A stretch of DNA of 64,000 nt from an uncultured Marinoscillum sp. (GTDB lineage Bacteria; Bacteroidota; Bacteroidia; Cytophagales; MED-G16), in contig CAYXSW010000001.1 of assembly GCA_964467915.1 (NCBI GenBank), forward strand, positions 1,291-65,290, written 5' to 3'. Each line of letters opens with the position of its first letter. Position 1 is the first letter of the stretch. The notes below the pieces were generated by a model that was given only the letters and a program-made list of their open reading frames with translations, was not told the DNA's origin and ran no database searches. Of the stretch, positions 19,492 through 30,121 are shown piece after piece. The position numbers and the translations under genes were made by a program.

Positions 19492-19692
19492 CTAAACTTT
19501 TTTGCAATCTGAACCAGGAGCAACTTTTTTGCCACAATACCCACACCGTTCACCTTCTGGGTTTAAGTAGGGGTTTTGTGAGGCACATGTTCCTTTGAAC
19601 TCCCCTCCTTTAATAAAAATTAATCTTAATGATAACGCAAAAAAGAAAAAGGCAACTAGTAAGATGGCTATTATAGTTTCGGTCATAATCAC
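19492..19692 (-). CDS. Small single-pass membrane protein with a C-X13-C-X2-C-X9-C tail
   Basis: 66 aa. N-terminal TM IIAILLVAFFFFALSLRLIFI, then GTCASQNPYLNPEGERCGYCGKKVAPGSDC. Ends 1 nt before the glmM ATG. Confidence 0.5.
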   Translation of the reverse strand: MIMTETIIAILLVAFFFFALSLRLIFIKGGEFKGTCASQNPYLNPEGERCGYCGKKVAPGSDCKKV

Positions 19693-19749
19693 AAAGTTAT
19701 GAAATCAGTTTCTTATCTTTAATTAATATAAAATTTTTCTTATTTAAAT

Positions 19750-20520
19750 ATGCCAGAAAACAAATTTGAGGATTTAAAGAGAGTAATAGAAGAACTTAGA
19801 GAAAAATGTCCCTGGGACAAAAAACAAACAATAAAATCACTTAGAGCATTAACTATAGAGGAGGTGTATGAGTTGTCTGACGCAATAATTTCAGAAGACA
19901 AGATTAATATAGAAGAGGAATTAGGAGATGTTTTGCTGCACATACTATTTTATGCGCAGATTGGAAAAGAAAAAAATTTATTTTCAATTGATTCGATAAT
20001 AGACAAATTAATTGTCAAGCTTACAGAAAGACACCCGCATATTTATGGGGATTTGAGTCTTTCATCTTCTGAAGAGGTTGAAAAAAACTGGGAGATAATT
20101 AAAAATAAAAAAAAGAATTCCATCAAAACATTAAATAGTATGCCAAAAGGAATTCCTCCTTTAGTTAAATCCATGAGAATACAAAAAAAAGTAAAGTCTA
20201 TAGGTTTTGATTGGGAAGAAGAGAGTCAGGTTTTAAAAAAAATAGAGGAAGAATTTTGTGAACTAAAAGCCGAAATTAATAATAAGAATTCTCAAAAAAT
20301 TAAGGCTGAGATAGGAGACTTGTTTTTTTCAATAATTAATTATGCTAGATTTATTGGTGTTGACCCTGAAGAGGCTCTAGAAAAAACTAATATCAAGTTT
20401 ATTAAGAGGTTTAGTTTTATGGAAGAGAAAATATTTAAAGATGGCAAAAAATTAAAAGACATGAATCTCAATGAGATGGACAAATATTGGGAAATATCAA
20501 AATCACAAGAAAATGAATAA
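19750..20520 (+). CDS. mazG: Nucleoside triphosphate pyrophosphohydrolase MazG
   Basis: 256 aa. RHPHIYGD and two MazG EEXX(E/D) helices (EELGDVLLH, AEIGDLFFS). Confidence 0.9.
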   Translation: MPENKFEDLKRVIEELREKCPWDKKQTIKSLRALTIEEVYELSDAIISEDKINIEEELGDVLLHILFYAQIGKEKNLFSIDSIIDKLIVKLTERHPHIYGDLSLSSSEEVEKNWEIIKNKKKNSIKTLNSMPKGIPPLVKSMRIQKKVKSIGFDWEEESQVLKKIEEEFCELKAEINNKNSQKIKAEIGDLFFSIINYARFIGVDPEEALEKTNIKFIKRFSFMEEKIFKDGKKLKDMNLNEMDKYWEISKSQENE

Positions 20521-21523
20521 CGGAAAAATTATTGAAAAACAAAGTTTTTGTGTTGATGAAAAACAAACCCCTGTTCGGTTAGACAAGTTCCTTTTTGACA
20601 AGCTTCCTAATGTTACAAGAAATAAAATACAAGAGGGCATCAAAAACAATCAGGTAGTTGTAAATAACAAAAACGTTAAGGCAAGTTATAGGGTAAGGGC
20701 TAACGATCAAATTAGAGTTGAAATATTTAGAAATGAAACGCCTTCAGAAATAAAACCTGAAGACATTGACATTGACATTGTTTTTGAAGACAGACATATT
20801 CTAATTATAAACAAAGCTCCCGGTATGGTTGTGCACCCCGCCCATGAAAATTGGGAGGGAACACTTGTAAATGCTCTTATGTTTCATTTTAAAAATTTAC
20901 CGGAAATGGAGGGCAATGATGGACGGCCCGGTCTAGTTCATAGAATAGACAAAGAAACTTCTGGGCTTTTGGCTATAGCCAAAACACAACTAGCAATGAA
21001 TTCTCTTTCTTCTCAATTTAAAAGCCACTCCATTAAAAGAAAATATCAGGCTTTAATATGGGGAATACCAAAAGAAAATGAAGGGACGATAAATGTTAAC
21101 TTAAGGCGATCATTAAAAGACAGGAGGGTAATTGAGGGCTTTGCTGAAAACACAATTGGCAAGACGGCAATAACTCACTACAGGGTGATTGAGACATTAC
21201 ACTATATAACACTTGTTGAGTGTGAGCTAGAGACGGGCAGAACACATCAGATTAGGGCACACATGAAACACTTAGGCCACCCTATTTTTTGTGATAAAAC
21301 ATACGGTGGAAACTTAATTGTAAAAGGCAACCGGTTTACTAACTACAAAAAGTTCGTTGAAAACAGCTTTAAACTAATAAATAGACAAGCTCTTCATGCT
21401 AAAAGCTTAGGGTTCATTCACCCAAAAACAAAAAAAGAAGTTTTTTTTGATTCCGAATTGCCGTTAGATATGCAAGAAATTATCAAGAAGTGGGAAAAAT
21501 ATGAAGCCCCAGAAAATCATTAA
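20513..21523 (+). CDS. rluD: 23S rRNA pseudouridine synthase, RluA/RluD family
   Basis: ATG 20513 overlaps the mazG stop (ATGAATAA). S4-like N-domain and catalytic motif HRIDKETSGLL. Confidence 0.88.
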   Translation: MNNGKIIEKQSFCVDEKQTPVRLDKFLFDKLPNVTRNKIQEGIKNNQVVVNNKNVKASYRVRANDQIRVEIFRNETPSEIKPEDIDIDIVFEDRHILIINKAPGMVVHPAHENWEGTLVNALMFHFKNLPEMEGNDGRPGLVHRIDKETSGLLAIAKTQLAMNSLSSQFKSHSIKRKYQALIWGIPKENEGTINVNLRRSLKDRRVIEGFAENTIGKTAITHYRVIETLHYITLVECELETGRTHQIRAHMKHLGHPIFCDKTYGGNLIVKGNRFTNYKKFVENSFKLINRQALHAKSLGFIHPKTKKEVFFDSELPLDMQEIIKKWEKYEAPENH

Positions 21524-22584
21524 ATCATTCTAGGATAGCTCCCTAATAGCTTAATGTTTTTCTCATATCTTTTATAAATTATTTGGAAATTTTTATCCAA
21601 ATAGTGTCCCTCAAAGTCAATATAAAAAACATACTTAAAATCATTTCCTTTTTTTGCGGGTCTGCTCTCAAGTTTTGTTAAATTAATTTTAGCATCATGA
21701 AACTCTTGTAGAAACTGAGCCAACACTCCGTGACCATCTGAAAGATTCGCTAATATAGATGTCTTATCGTTTTTAGAAACAACATCCTTTTGAGAAAGAG
21801 ATAAAATTACAAACCTTGTGTGATTATCTTTTGAGTCCTCAATCTTATCGTAAAGAATTGGAACCCCCTTTTGAACTGCAGCGAATCTAGAACAAATCGC
21901 TGCAGAGTCTAATTGCTTATCAGCATATGAGACCGCAGCACTAGTGCTATTAACAGGAATACATTTAATTTCATCGCTAAAATAATTTTCTATAAACTCT
22001 TTACACTGTTTAAATGCAATGTCTTTGGAATAAATCCTTTTTATTTTTGTTAAATCCTTAGATCTGGAGGCAAAAGAAAAGGCTATTGACAAGGGTAATT
22101 CAGAAATGATTTTTAGCTTACTAACTCCTAAAAAATCAACCGTCTCTTGTACAATCCCCTCTTGATTATTCTCTAAAGGAATAATTCCGTATTTAGCTTT
22201 TTTTGAATTGAGAGCATCAAATACAGCCTTGATGGAGTTAAGGGGTAAATACTCACTTTGTGACCCAAAATTAGTTTCTGCCGCTTGATGGGTAAAGCTT
22301 CCTTCGGGACCTAAATAAGCAACTCTCTCGGGTAGTTCAATGTTTCTTGCGGCAGCAAAAATTTCTTGAAAAACAGCCTTAATAGAATCAGAGTTCAGCT
22401 TTCCTTTTGACAGGGTGTTTAGTCTTTCTATAATTTCATTTTCCCTCTCTGGTCTATAAACGCTCTCCTTTGAAGCTGATTTAATTAGCCCAATTTCATG
22501 CACAAGGTCCATCCTCTCATTAAGAAGCTCTAAAATATCTGAGTCAATTTTGTCTATTTTTGTTCTTAATTCTTTAATGTTCAT
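21520..22584 (-). CDS. pheA: Bifunctional chorismate mutase / prephenate dehydratase
   Basis: 354 aa. N-terminal CM helix LRTKIDKIDSDILELLNERMDLV, PDT domain with TRF, and ACT domain with ESRP. Confidence 0.9.
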   Translation of the reverse strand: MNIKELRTKIDKIDSDILELLNERMDLVHEIGLIKSASKESVYRPERENEIIERLNTLSKGKLNSDSIKAVFQEIFAAARNIELPERVAYLGPEGSFTHQAAETNFGSQSEYLPLNSIKAVFDALNSKKAKYGIIPLENNQEGIVQETVDFLGVSKLKIISELPLSIAFSFASRSKDLTKIKRIYSKDIAFKQCKEFIENYFSDEIKCIPVNSTSAAVSYADKQLDSAAICSRFAAVQKGVPILYDKIEDSKDNHTRFVILSLSQKDVVSKNDKTSILANLSDGHGVLAQFLQEFHDAKINLTKLESRPAKKGNDFKYVFYIDFEGHYLDKNFQIIYKRYEKNIKLLGSYPRMI

Positions 22585-22658
22585 TACTTTTATACTAGGA
22601 TTAATTTATTTCACAAAATAACTATTATCCTACAAAATTAATCATTATTTATAGTATT

Positions 22659-23918
22659 ATGAGAGACACAAAGTTATTTGATTTAATACAACAAGAAAAG
22701 ATACGTCAAACTGAAGGAATAGAATTAATTGCCTCTGAAAACTATGCCTCTGATGAAGTTATGGAGGCTGCAGGAAGCGTTCTTACAAATAAATACGCAG
22801 AAGGATTGCCAGGAAAAAGATATTATGGTGGTTGCGTGGTGGTTGATGAAATTGAAGATTTATGTCGTGAGAGACTAAAAAAGCTTTTTGATGCTGTATG
22901 GGTTAATGTTCAGCCACATTCTGGCGCCCAAGCAAATGCCGCTGTAATGTTAGCTGTACTTAACCCCGGTGATAAAATACTAGGTTTTGATTTATCCCAT
23001 GGGGGTCACCTTACTCACGGTTCGCCCGTTAATTATTCTGGGAAAATTTACAAACCATACTTTTATGGGGTAAAAAAAGAAGATGGTTATATTGACTATG
23101 AGTCTCTTGAAAAAACCGCCTTAAAAGAAAAACCAAAACTAATTATTTGCGGAGCTTCTTCATATAGTAGGGATTGGGATTATAAATTAATAAGAGAAAT
23201 TGCTGATAAGGTTGGGGCTTTGGTTCTTGCTGATATTGCTCACCCCGCCGGGTTGATTTCGAGAGGATTGCTAAACGATCCTTTAGACCATTGTCATATT
23301 GTTACCTCTACAACTCATAAAACTCTTCGAGGTCCAAGAGGTGGAATAATTATGATTAGAGATGACTTCGAGAACCCATTTGGAATTAAGACTCCGAAAG
23401 GCACTATTCGTAAAATTTCATCCTTACTTGACTCTGGTGTTTTTCCTGGAACTCAAGGCGGTCCACTGGAGCACATCATTGCTGCAAAAGCTGTTGCTTT
23501 TAAGGAAGCTTTGTCTGACAAATATCTTGACTATGTAGTTCAGGTTAAAAAAAATGCTTCAGAAATGTCAAAACAGTTTATAAGGAAAGGGTATAACATT
23601 ATATCAAAAGGCACAGATAATCATTTAATGCTAATAGATTTAAGAAATAAAAACATTACAGGTAAACAGGCAGAAGAAAACTTAGGTGTAGCTGATATAA
23701 CTATAAACAAAAACATGGTTCCTTTTGATTCAGAATCACCTTTTGTCACCTCCGGAATGAGAATAGGAACAGCTGCTATTACAACAAGGGGGATGTTAGA
23801 GCCTGACATGATTAAAATTGTGGAGTTTATAGATTCTGTTATTTCAAATAAATCCGAAATTAAAACCATTAAAAAAGAGGTAAATAATTGGGCTAATAAT
23901 TTCCCTCTTCACAAATAA
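22659..23918 (+). CDS. glyA: Serine hydroxymethyltransferase
   Basis: 419 aa. PLP-lysine motif [14 protein letters not shown]. Confidence 0.97.
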   Translation: MRDTKLFDLIQQEKIRQTEGIELIASENYASDEVMEAAGSVLTNKYAEGLPGKRYYGGCVVVDEIEDLCRERLKKLFDAVWVNVQPHSGAQANAAVMLAVLNPGDKILGFDLSHGGHLTHGSPVNYSGKIYKPYFYGVKKEDGYIDYESLEKTALKEKPKLIICGASSYSRDWDYKLIREIADKVGALVLADIAHPAGLISRGLLNDPLDHCHIVTSTTHKTLRGPRGGIIMIRDDFENPFGIKTPKGTIRKISSLLDSGVFPGTQGGPLEHIIAAKAVAFKEALSDKYLDYVVQVKKNASEMSKQFIRKGYNIISKGTDNHLMLIDLRNKNITGKQAEENLGVADITINKNMVPFDSESPFVTSGMRIGTAAITTRGMLEPDMIKIVEFIDSVISNKSEIKTIKKEVNNWANNFPLHK

Positions 23919-24713
23919 ATGAAAAAAGAAAAAGAAATGTCTTTTATAGATCACCTTGAAGAACTTAGGTGGCACATTATAAGATCCCTTTTGGCTATAA
24001 TGGTTTTTGCAATTATTGCCTTTGTCTCTAAAGAAATTGTTTTTGGCATAATTTTATTAGGCCCATCAAAAAGTGATTTTTGGACATATCAAATGCTCTG
24101 TGGCCTTGGCCAAAAAATTAGCGTTTCATCTTTCTGTATTGAAGAACTTCCTTTTATCATTCAAAGTAGACAGATGGCCGGGCAATTTATGATGCACATT
24201 TCATCTTCTTTTGTAATTGGAATAATTTTTGCGTTCCCATACGCATTCTGGGAGTTCTGGAGATTTATTTCTCCCGGCTTATATACCAATGAAAAAAAGG
24301 CAGCAAGAGGTGCTACTTTTTATGTTTCGCTTTTGTTTTTTATTGGAGTTATGTTTGGGTATTTTATTTTAACACCTATATCAATAAACTTCCTGGCGAA
24401 CTACCAGATAGACCCCTCAATATTAAATGAATTTGATATAATATCATATGTTTCTACAATAACTACACTTGTTTTAGCTTCTGGGCTATTATTTCAACTT
24501 CCTATGGTCATATATTTTTTAACAAAGGCAGGAATCGTAAATAAAAAAATTCTAAGAAATTATAGAAAACACGCTATCGTCATTATATTAGTTTTTGGGG
24601 CAATGTTAACGCCCCCCGACCCTTTCAGTCAAATTGTGATGGCTCTACCTTTGGTCGGTTTATATGAAATAAGTATATTGATATCTGGAGTGGTTAAAAA
24701 TAAAAACGAATGA
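23919..24713 (+). CDS. tatC: Twin-arginine translocase subunit TatC
   Basis: 264 aa, six TM segments, N-terminal HLEELRWHIIRS motif. Starts directly after the glyA stop. Confidence 0.9.
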   Translation: MKKEKEMSFIDHLEELRWHIIRSLLAIMVFAIIAFVSKEIVFGIILLGPSKSDFWTYQMLCGLGQKISVSSFCIEELPFIIQSRQMAGQFMMHISSSFVIGIIFAFPYAFWEFWRFISPGLYTNEKKAARGATFYVSLLFFIGVMFGYFILTPISINFLANYQIDPSILNEFDIISYVSTITTLVLASGLLFQLPMVIYFLTKAGIVNKKILRNYRKHAIVIILVFGAMLTPPDPFSQIVMALPLVGLYEISILISGVVKNKNE

Positions 24714-25138
24714 AAATAATTATTGGTTCAGACCATGCGGGATATGAATACAAGTCCGATTTAATATCTTTCCTAGAAAAGGAAGGTGTTGACTATGAAG
24801 ACTGCGGTTGTTATTCTGTAGATTCTGTAGATTACCCAGATTACGCACATGATGTTTCAAAAAAGGTCCTTAAAAATAAAGGATCTTTAGGGGTGTTGAT
24901 TTGTGGAAGTGCAAACGGGGTTGCGATGGCTTCTAACAAACACGCGGGAATAAGAGCGGCGATATGTTGGAACAAAAAAATTTCCAGTTTAGCTATTACT
25001 CATAATAATGCTAATGTGTTATGCATTCCGGCTCGATTTATTTCGAAGGAAGAACAAAAGAAAATATTAAAAGCTTTTATGAGCTCTGACTTCCAAGGAG
25101 GAAGACACGAAAGAAGGGTGAAAAAAATTGATCAATAA
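24710..25138 (+). CDS. rpiB: Ribose-5-phosphate isomerase B
   Basis: 142 aa. IIIGSDHAGYEYK and LICGSANGVAMASNK (LacAB/RpiB family). Confidence 0.9.
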   Translation: MKIIIGSDHAGYEYKSDLISFLEKEGVDYEDCGCYSVDSVDYPDYAHDVSKKVLKNKGSLGVLICGSANGVAMASNKHAGIRAAICWNKKISSLAITHNNANVLCIPARFISKEEQKKILKAFMSSDFQGGRHERRVKKIDQ

Positions 25139-25499
25139 GTTGAAGAGACAAAGAATAGAAAAACACGAAAGTTTAATTCATAGAGTTGTAAACGAATATA
25201 TTATTAGAGAAGGAAGTTCTTTTTTAAAAAATGAATTTGTTACAATAATGGGCATAAAATTATCTCCAGACCTCAGTGTTGCGTTAATATTTATAAGTGC
25301 TCTTGACAACTCCAAATCGGATTTTGTAAATGATAGGTTTCAAGAAAGAAAACACGACATAAAACAATATATAGTAAAAGCTATCGGCAAAAAAATTAGA
25401 AAAATTCCTGAAATAAAATTTATTCTTGACAGCACAGAGCATGAGGCTTCAAAAGTCAATAAGATAATATCTAACTTAGATATACCTCCAAAAAAATAA
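25128..25499 (+). CDS. rbfA: Ribosome-binding factor A
   Basis: 123 aa, TTG start. RbfA-like size and KH-like core (VTIMGIKLSPDLSVALIFIS). Confidence 0.75.
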   Translation: MINKLKRQRIEKHESLIHRVVNEYIIREGSSFLKNEFVTIMGIKLSPDLSVALIFISALDNSKSDFVNDRFQERKHDIKQYIVKAIGKKIRKIPEIKFILDSTEHEASKVNKIISNLDIPPKK

Positions 25500-25500
25500 A

Positions 25501-26739
25501 ATGAATTTTTCTTTTAAAACAGCAACAAAACTTATCTTTTCAAAAAAGAAAAAAACACTAATAAACTTTCTTTCCTATACCTCTATTTTAACTTTATCCA
25601 TTGGAACGGCCGCAATGATTGTGGTCTTATCTGTGTACAACGGTTTAGAGGAAACTTTAAAATCTATATATAATGACTTTGACCCCGACATCAAGGTAGA
25701 AAAAAAAGAGGGGCTATTCTTTGAAAACAACCTTATTGAGAATATTAACAAAATAAGTTTGGTCAAAGAAGTTTCGGCGATAATTGAAAACAAAGTAATC
25801 ATTCAAAATGAAGAAAAAGAAGTTGTAGCATATATCAAAGGGGTAGATAAAAACTTTAGCAAACAAAACAGAATAAAAAATAACTTAACTGAGGGTGATT
25901 TTATTTTTAAAAAAAACTCTCTAGACCATGGAATAATAGGAAGGGGTCTTAAATATTCTTTAGGAATTAAAGTAAATTCTGATTTTCAAAGTATAGATGT
26001 ATTTGCTTTAAACCAAAACATTAACCTAAAACCAAACTCTTTGTCTAAAAAACTTTATAATAAAAAACCGCTTAAGGTTGGTGGTGTTTTTGCGATTGAA
26101 AGTGGTTTTGATAACAATTATATTTTTACTTCTCTTAATTTCGCTCAAAATTTATTAAGTAAAAACAACAAAATATCCGCCTATGAAGTTTCTCTTAAAA
26201 ACAACTACCAATCAGAAGAAGCTAAAGAAAAAATAAAAAAAGTTTTAGGTGATGCGTTTAGGGTTTCTACAGGTTTAGAACAGAGAGAGGGTTTGTATAA
26301 AATACTTAAATCTGAAAAGCTTGTTGTATATTTTGTTTTTTTTGTGGTGTTGCTTTTAAGCTCAATAAATATATTTTTTCTTTTAATAATGATGGGCGTT
26401 GAGAAGAAAAAAGATATCTCGGTAATGTTTTCTCTGGGAGTAAAAAAACATCAAATAAGAAATGTTTTTCTTTTTCATGGAATATTAACAGGAATAATTG
26501 GAGTGTCTTTTGGGATAATAGCCGGCACTCTTGTAACCTGGGCTCAGAAAACATATGGAATTATTAAAATTCAAATGACAAGCTCTATCCTTGACGCATA
26601 CCCAGTAAGTTTAATATCAACAGACATAATCACAATTACTTTAATGGTAATATTTGTGGCGTCACTAGCGTCTCTTCTTCCGGCACTAATGTCATCGTCT
26701 AATAAAAATTTTATTAATACTAAAAATGTTTTTTCATGA
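25501..26739 (+). CDS. FtsX-like ABC transporter permease (LolC/E family)
   Basis: 412 aa. N-terminal TM, large extracytoplasmic domain and C-terminal three-TM FtsX domain. Confidence 0.8.
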   Translation: MNFSFKTATKLIFSKKKKTLINFLSYTSILTLSIGTAAMIVVLSVYNGLEETLKSIYNDFDPDIKVEKKEGLFFENNLIENINKISLVKEVSAIIENKVIIQNEEKEVVAYIKGVDKNFSKQNRIKNNLTEGDFIFKKNSLDHGIIGRGLKYSLGIKVNSDFQSIDVFALNQNINLKPNSLSKKLYNKKPLKVGGVFAIESGFDNNYIFTSLNFAQNLLSKNNKISAYEVSLKNNYQSEEAKEKIKKVLGDAFRVSTGLEQREGLYKILKSEKLVVYFVFFVVLLLSSINIFFLLIMMGVEKKKDISVMFSLGVKKHQIRNVFLFHGILTGIIGVSFGIIAGTLVTWAQKTYGIIKIQMTSSILDAYPVSLISTDIITITLMVIFVASLASLLPALMSSSNKNFINTKNVFS

Positions 26740-27140
26740 AATTAAAGATAGGGGAAAGCTATAAAGAAGAGTTTATAATTACCCAAGAGATGGTAAATAA
26801 ATTCGCTGAGTTAAGTGGAGATAAAAACCCTCTTCATATTGATAAGAAGTTTGCGTCAAAAACAAGGTTTAAAAAACCTATTGTACACGGACTTTTTTCT
26901 GTTACATCCTTTGGTAAAGTAATGGGAACAAAATTTCCGGGCTCAGGGTCTATTCATGTGGGCCAAAATCTGAGCTTTAAGAGGCCTCTTTATCCCGACC
27001 GGAAGTATGTGGTGCGTATTGAGTTAATAAAGATTATAAAGGACAAACACTTTGGTGTTTTTAAAACTCAAATTTTTGACACAGAAGGCAACCTAATTGT
27101 TGACGGAACTGGAACTGCTCTTCACGAAGAAAAATTATAA
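26736..27140 (+). CDS. MaoC-like (R)-specific enoyl-CoA hydratase / hot-dog dehydratase
   Basis: 134 aa. Hydratase motif GDKNPLHID...PIVHG. Confidence 0.8.
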   Translation: MKLKIGESYKEEFIITQEMVNKFAELSGDKNPLHIDKKFASKTRFKKPIVHGLFSVTSFGKVMGTKFPGSGSIHVGQNLSFKRPLYPDRKYVVRIELIKIIKDKHFGVFKTQIFDTEGNLIVDGTGTALHEEKL

Positions 27141-29582
27141 TTCACTTTCACAAGCAAACAATAAATTGTCGTAAGATCCAATAGGGGAACCGTCTGGAGC
27201 TTTTAGCTCTTCAGGGTATTGGACCTCTATCTCACCTGACAAAAACTTATCTATCTTATCAGAGAGGTAATGGTGGTGATATTGATCGGGGTCTTTCTTG
27301 TCTAGCTCTTTTCTTAAGCTCTTAAGCGCTGAGTAAACTCTAGCATTAACCTCTTCGTGTGTCTTTTGATTGTTGGCCAACATAAAAATATGATTTAAAA
27401 CAGAATGGTTAACCATTTTTGAAATTTCTATTTCTACACTTGATAAAACAAGGTTTTCATTTTTATACATCCTTTCTTTTAGAATTGTCTCGTTTATAAT
27501 TTGGTTTAAGACATTAGTAAAGCCGGGTTGTTGGTAAGTATCTCGAGCTTTTAATGTAAGTAATCTGGATGCTCTTTCTGGATTTAACAACATTTTTAAA
27601 GTTAACGTAGTCGCGGTTTCTGCTGCGGCTAAATAATCAAATGTTAGGCCTGTTCTTGACTTAAAGGTTTCTCGTGTTCTTGGATAACCAAATGCCCTTG
27701 GGGGAATTAGCTTAATCAGGCTTTCAGGAAGAGAGAGGTTTTTTGGATCAATAGAGCTCAATAAAGATTTTAGGGCTTTAATTTGTTGGTCTTTTGATAA
27801 CATTTTAGTCACCAGCTGACCGTCACCCTTTAGTGCGTAGTTATAGTTTAAACCACCGACAACTTTTGCGGCGGCCTCGATCTGATATCTGTGAAGAAGA
27901 TACATCGGCACTAAGACTTCTTCTATACTTGACATCGGCTCACCTAATTTTATTGCATTATCTGAAAAATTATCTAATATATGTCTCCTGATAACAAGCA
28001 TTTGATTTAATTCGTCTGCCGCATCAAACCCATTATCCCAAAGATGTGACCTTGGGTGAGCGCTACTTAGAGGTCTTGAGTCTTGATCGGTAATAAAATA
28101 AATATCTTCTTCATAACCGTCTTGTAAGATTTTTTCTAATTCATTCGTTTCGTTAGAATCAAATTGTCTATATCCCCAATTAATTGCAAGTTTATCCCAT
28201 TCACCTATCCCGTGATCGTAAGCATCTGAAAGGTCTATTTTATTTTCAGAAAATTTAATCAGAGGGTGTGGATAATCCATAACAGATTTTCTGTTTCTTG
28301 CACTTGAAATATAATTATGTGAAAGTCCAATGGTGTGTCCAACCTCATGAGCAGACAACTGCCTTAATCTTTTTATAGCCATTTCCTCCATAAGATCACT
28401 TTTGTTGCTGTCAGCATATGGCCTAAGTAAACCCTCTGCAATAAGATAGTCTTGCCTAACTCTTAACGAGCCAAGAGAGACGTGGCCTTTAATTATCTCC
28501 CCAGTCCTTGGGTCAACCACTGATGATCCATATGACCAACCTCTAGTAGAACGATGAACCCACTGAATAACATTATATCTAACATCTAACATGTCGGCCC
28601 CTTCAGGTAATACCTTAATCTGAAACGCATTTTTAAAGCCAGCAGCTTCAAACGCTTCATTCCACCATGAAGCCCCCTCTATTAGTGCTGATTTTACCGG
28701 CTCTGGAACTCCCCTGTCTAAGTAATAGACTATTGGTTCTGCCGCCTCACTTATTTCTTGGTTAGGATGTTTTTTAATTAACCTGTGTCTTCTTATGTAC
28801 TTTACATGTAGGTCGTCTGCGATAGGGCTAGCATAATCATAAAACGTCATGGCACCATATCCTGCCCTAGGGTCAAATTTTCTTGGAGTATAGCCGTCAT
28901 CAGGAAGCCGCACAAAAGAGTGTCTAGTTCTAACAGAAAAAGCCTCAGCGTCAGGTGACACAGACCTTAGCCACCCACCTGTGGCCACCCCCCTAAATGT
29001 TAAAAAAGACTCTAGCTCAGAATTAAGAGGAAAGTTTTTTGAATTTGAGTTATCGAATGAAGAAGATGTTTTGTCTATCATAAAAGACCCTTGTTTTCTT
29101 TGCATTAGTCTTTGTGATATTTTATGAGAATCTTTCAAAACAAACTCTGAAGCGTCTAATAAATATCGAGAATTGGATTGGGCCACTACTGTAAAGCCCC
29201 ACAAAGTTGACTTTGCAAAAGCGTCCTCAACAGACTTGATCTCTTCATTATTATCTGACACCGCTCTAAACTTATAATTAGGTTGAACCATTAAAACCTT
29301 TGGTCCCATCTTTATAAACTTAACAATTCTTGACCCTCCAATTTGCCCCCTATCTAAACCAATATCATTTGACCCAACGCCGGCAGAAAGATAATTTATA
29401 TATAACATCTCGTGGTTTAATTTTGAAATCTCTAGGTATAACTTCCCTTTGTTATCATCCCAATAATAGTTTAGAAAACCCTCTTTTTTTGTTAAACCTT
29501 TGGTGAAAGACTCAATGTTTTGTGCATACGATGTTGGGCTTAACCAAATTAATGATAATAAAATGTATATAAATTTTTTCAT
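27135..29582 (-). CDS. Exported zinc-dependent metalloprotease (large HEXXH protein; I recall this type as DUF5117/DUF4953)
   Basis: 815 aa. Signal peptide MKKFIYILLSLIWLSPTSYAQ. Zinc site SAHEVGHTIGLSHN. Confidence 0.85.
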   Translation of the reverse strand: MKKFIYILLSLIWLSPTSYAQNIESFTKGLTKKEGFLNYYWDDNKGKLYLEISKLNHEMLYINYLSAGVGSNDIGLDRGQIGGSRIVKFIKMGPKVLMVQPNYKFRAVSDNNEEIKSVEDAFAKSTLWGFTVVAQSNSRYLLDASEFVLKDSHKISQRLMQRKQGSFMIDKTSSSFDNSNSKNFPLNSELESFLTFRGVATGGWLRSVSPDAEAFSVRTRHSFVRLPDDGYTPRKFDPRAGYGAMTFYDYASPIADDLHVKYIRRHRLIKKHPNQEISEAAEPIVYYLDRGVPEPVKSALIEGASWWNEAFEAAGFKNAFQIKVLPEGADMLDVRYNVIQWVHRSTRGWSYGSSVVDPRTGEIIKGHVSLGSLRVRQDYLIAEGLLRPYADSNKSDLMEEMAIKRLRQLSAHEVGHTIGLSHNYISSARNRKSVMDYPHPLIKFSENKIDLSDAYDHGIGEWDKLAINWGYRQFDSNETNELEKILQDGYEEDIYFITDQDSRPLSSAHPRSHLWDNGFDAADELNQMLVIRRHILDNFSDNAIKLGEPMSSIEEVLVPMYLLHRYQIEAAAKVVGGLNYNYALKGDGQLVTKMLSKDQQIKALKSLLSSIDPKNLSLPESLIKLIPPRAFGYPRTRETFKSRTGLTFDYLAAAETATTLTLKMLLNPERASRLLTLKARDTYQQPGFTNVLNQIINETILKERMYKNENLVLSSVEIEISKMVNHSVLNHIFMLANNQKTHEEVNARVYSALKSLRKELDKKDPDQYHHHYLSDKIDKFLSGEIEVQYPEELKAPDGSPIGSYDNLLFACESEL

Positions 29583-29592
29583 GGGTTTTGTT

Positions 29593-30075
29593 TTAACGTT
29601 TAATTACAATCTTCTCAGAGACTTTAGGGTATTTTAACTTAATAGTATAAAGATTATTATCCATTTCAAAATATATTAAATTTTCTTGACCATCAAAATA
29701 AGAAAACAAAGAGGTGTCTTTTATGTATAGGCCATCAAAGTCTTCAACCCCTAAAATCTCGTAATAACAATTGATAGTTCCGTTTAAATATTCATGGCCA
29801 AGGTAGTTTATTTTTTTTTTCTCTCCGTTGATCTCAAAAACCAAGTGGTCAGAAAGATAGTTTTTAATGTGTTTATCCACTGAGTCTTTCTCTGAACTTA
29901 ATACATCAAAATAAGAAAGTTGGTATTTTTTCTTTAATGCTAATTCTAAATCATCAAAGAATATTTTTTTTTGTACCTCAATAGCTTTTCTCTCATTATC
30001 ATATTCCATGTAAGAGACACTGACATAAAATTTGTGGGCAAATAAAAATGAAATAGTTGTTAGTATGCTTATCAT
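29593..30075 (-). CDS. Small secreted protein of unknown function (DUF6702-like), paralogue A
   Basis: First ATG at 30075 gives MISILTTISFLFA|HKFYVSVSYMEY. An alternative TTG at 30135 would overlap hupE divergently. Homologous to the 61295-61795 product. Lies 10 nt upstream of the Zn-protease gene. Confidence 0.6.
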   Translation of the reverse strand: MISILTTISFLFAHKFYVSVSYMEYDNERKAIEVQKKIFFDDLELALKKKYQLSYFDVLSSEKDSVDKHIKNYLSDHLVFEINGEKKKINYLGHEYLNGTINCYYEILGVEDFDGLYIKDTSLFSYFDGQENLIYFEMDNNLYTIKLKYPKVSEKIVIKR

Positions 30076-30121
30076 AATAATTTTAATAAATTTAACAACA
30101 AATTTTAACTGATATAAATAT

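Noticed and set aside
19491-19553. ORF-track N-terminal extensions: glmM to 19553, fbpA-like to 11880, prfA to 59874, rluD from 20471, map from 13345, the large outer-membrane protein from 39429, the GldJ/K-like gene from 47330
   Set aside because: In each case a downstream ATG (or GTG) gives a canonical family N-terminus or signal peptide. It also removes an implausible overlap with the neighbouring gene.
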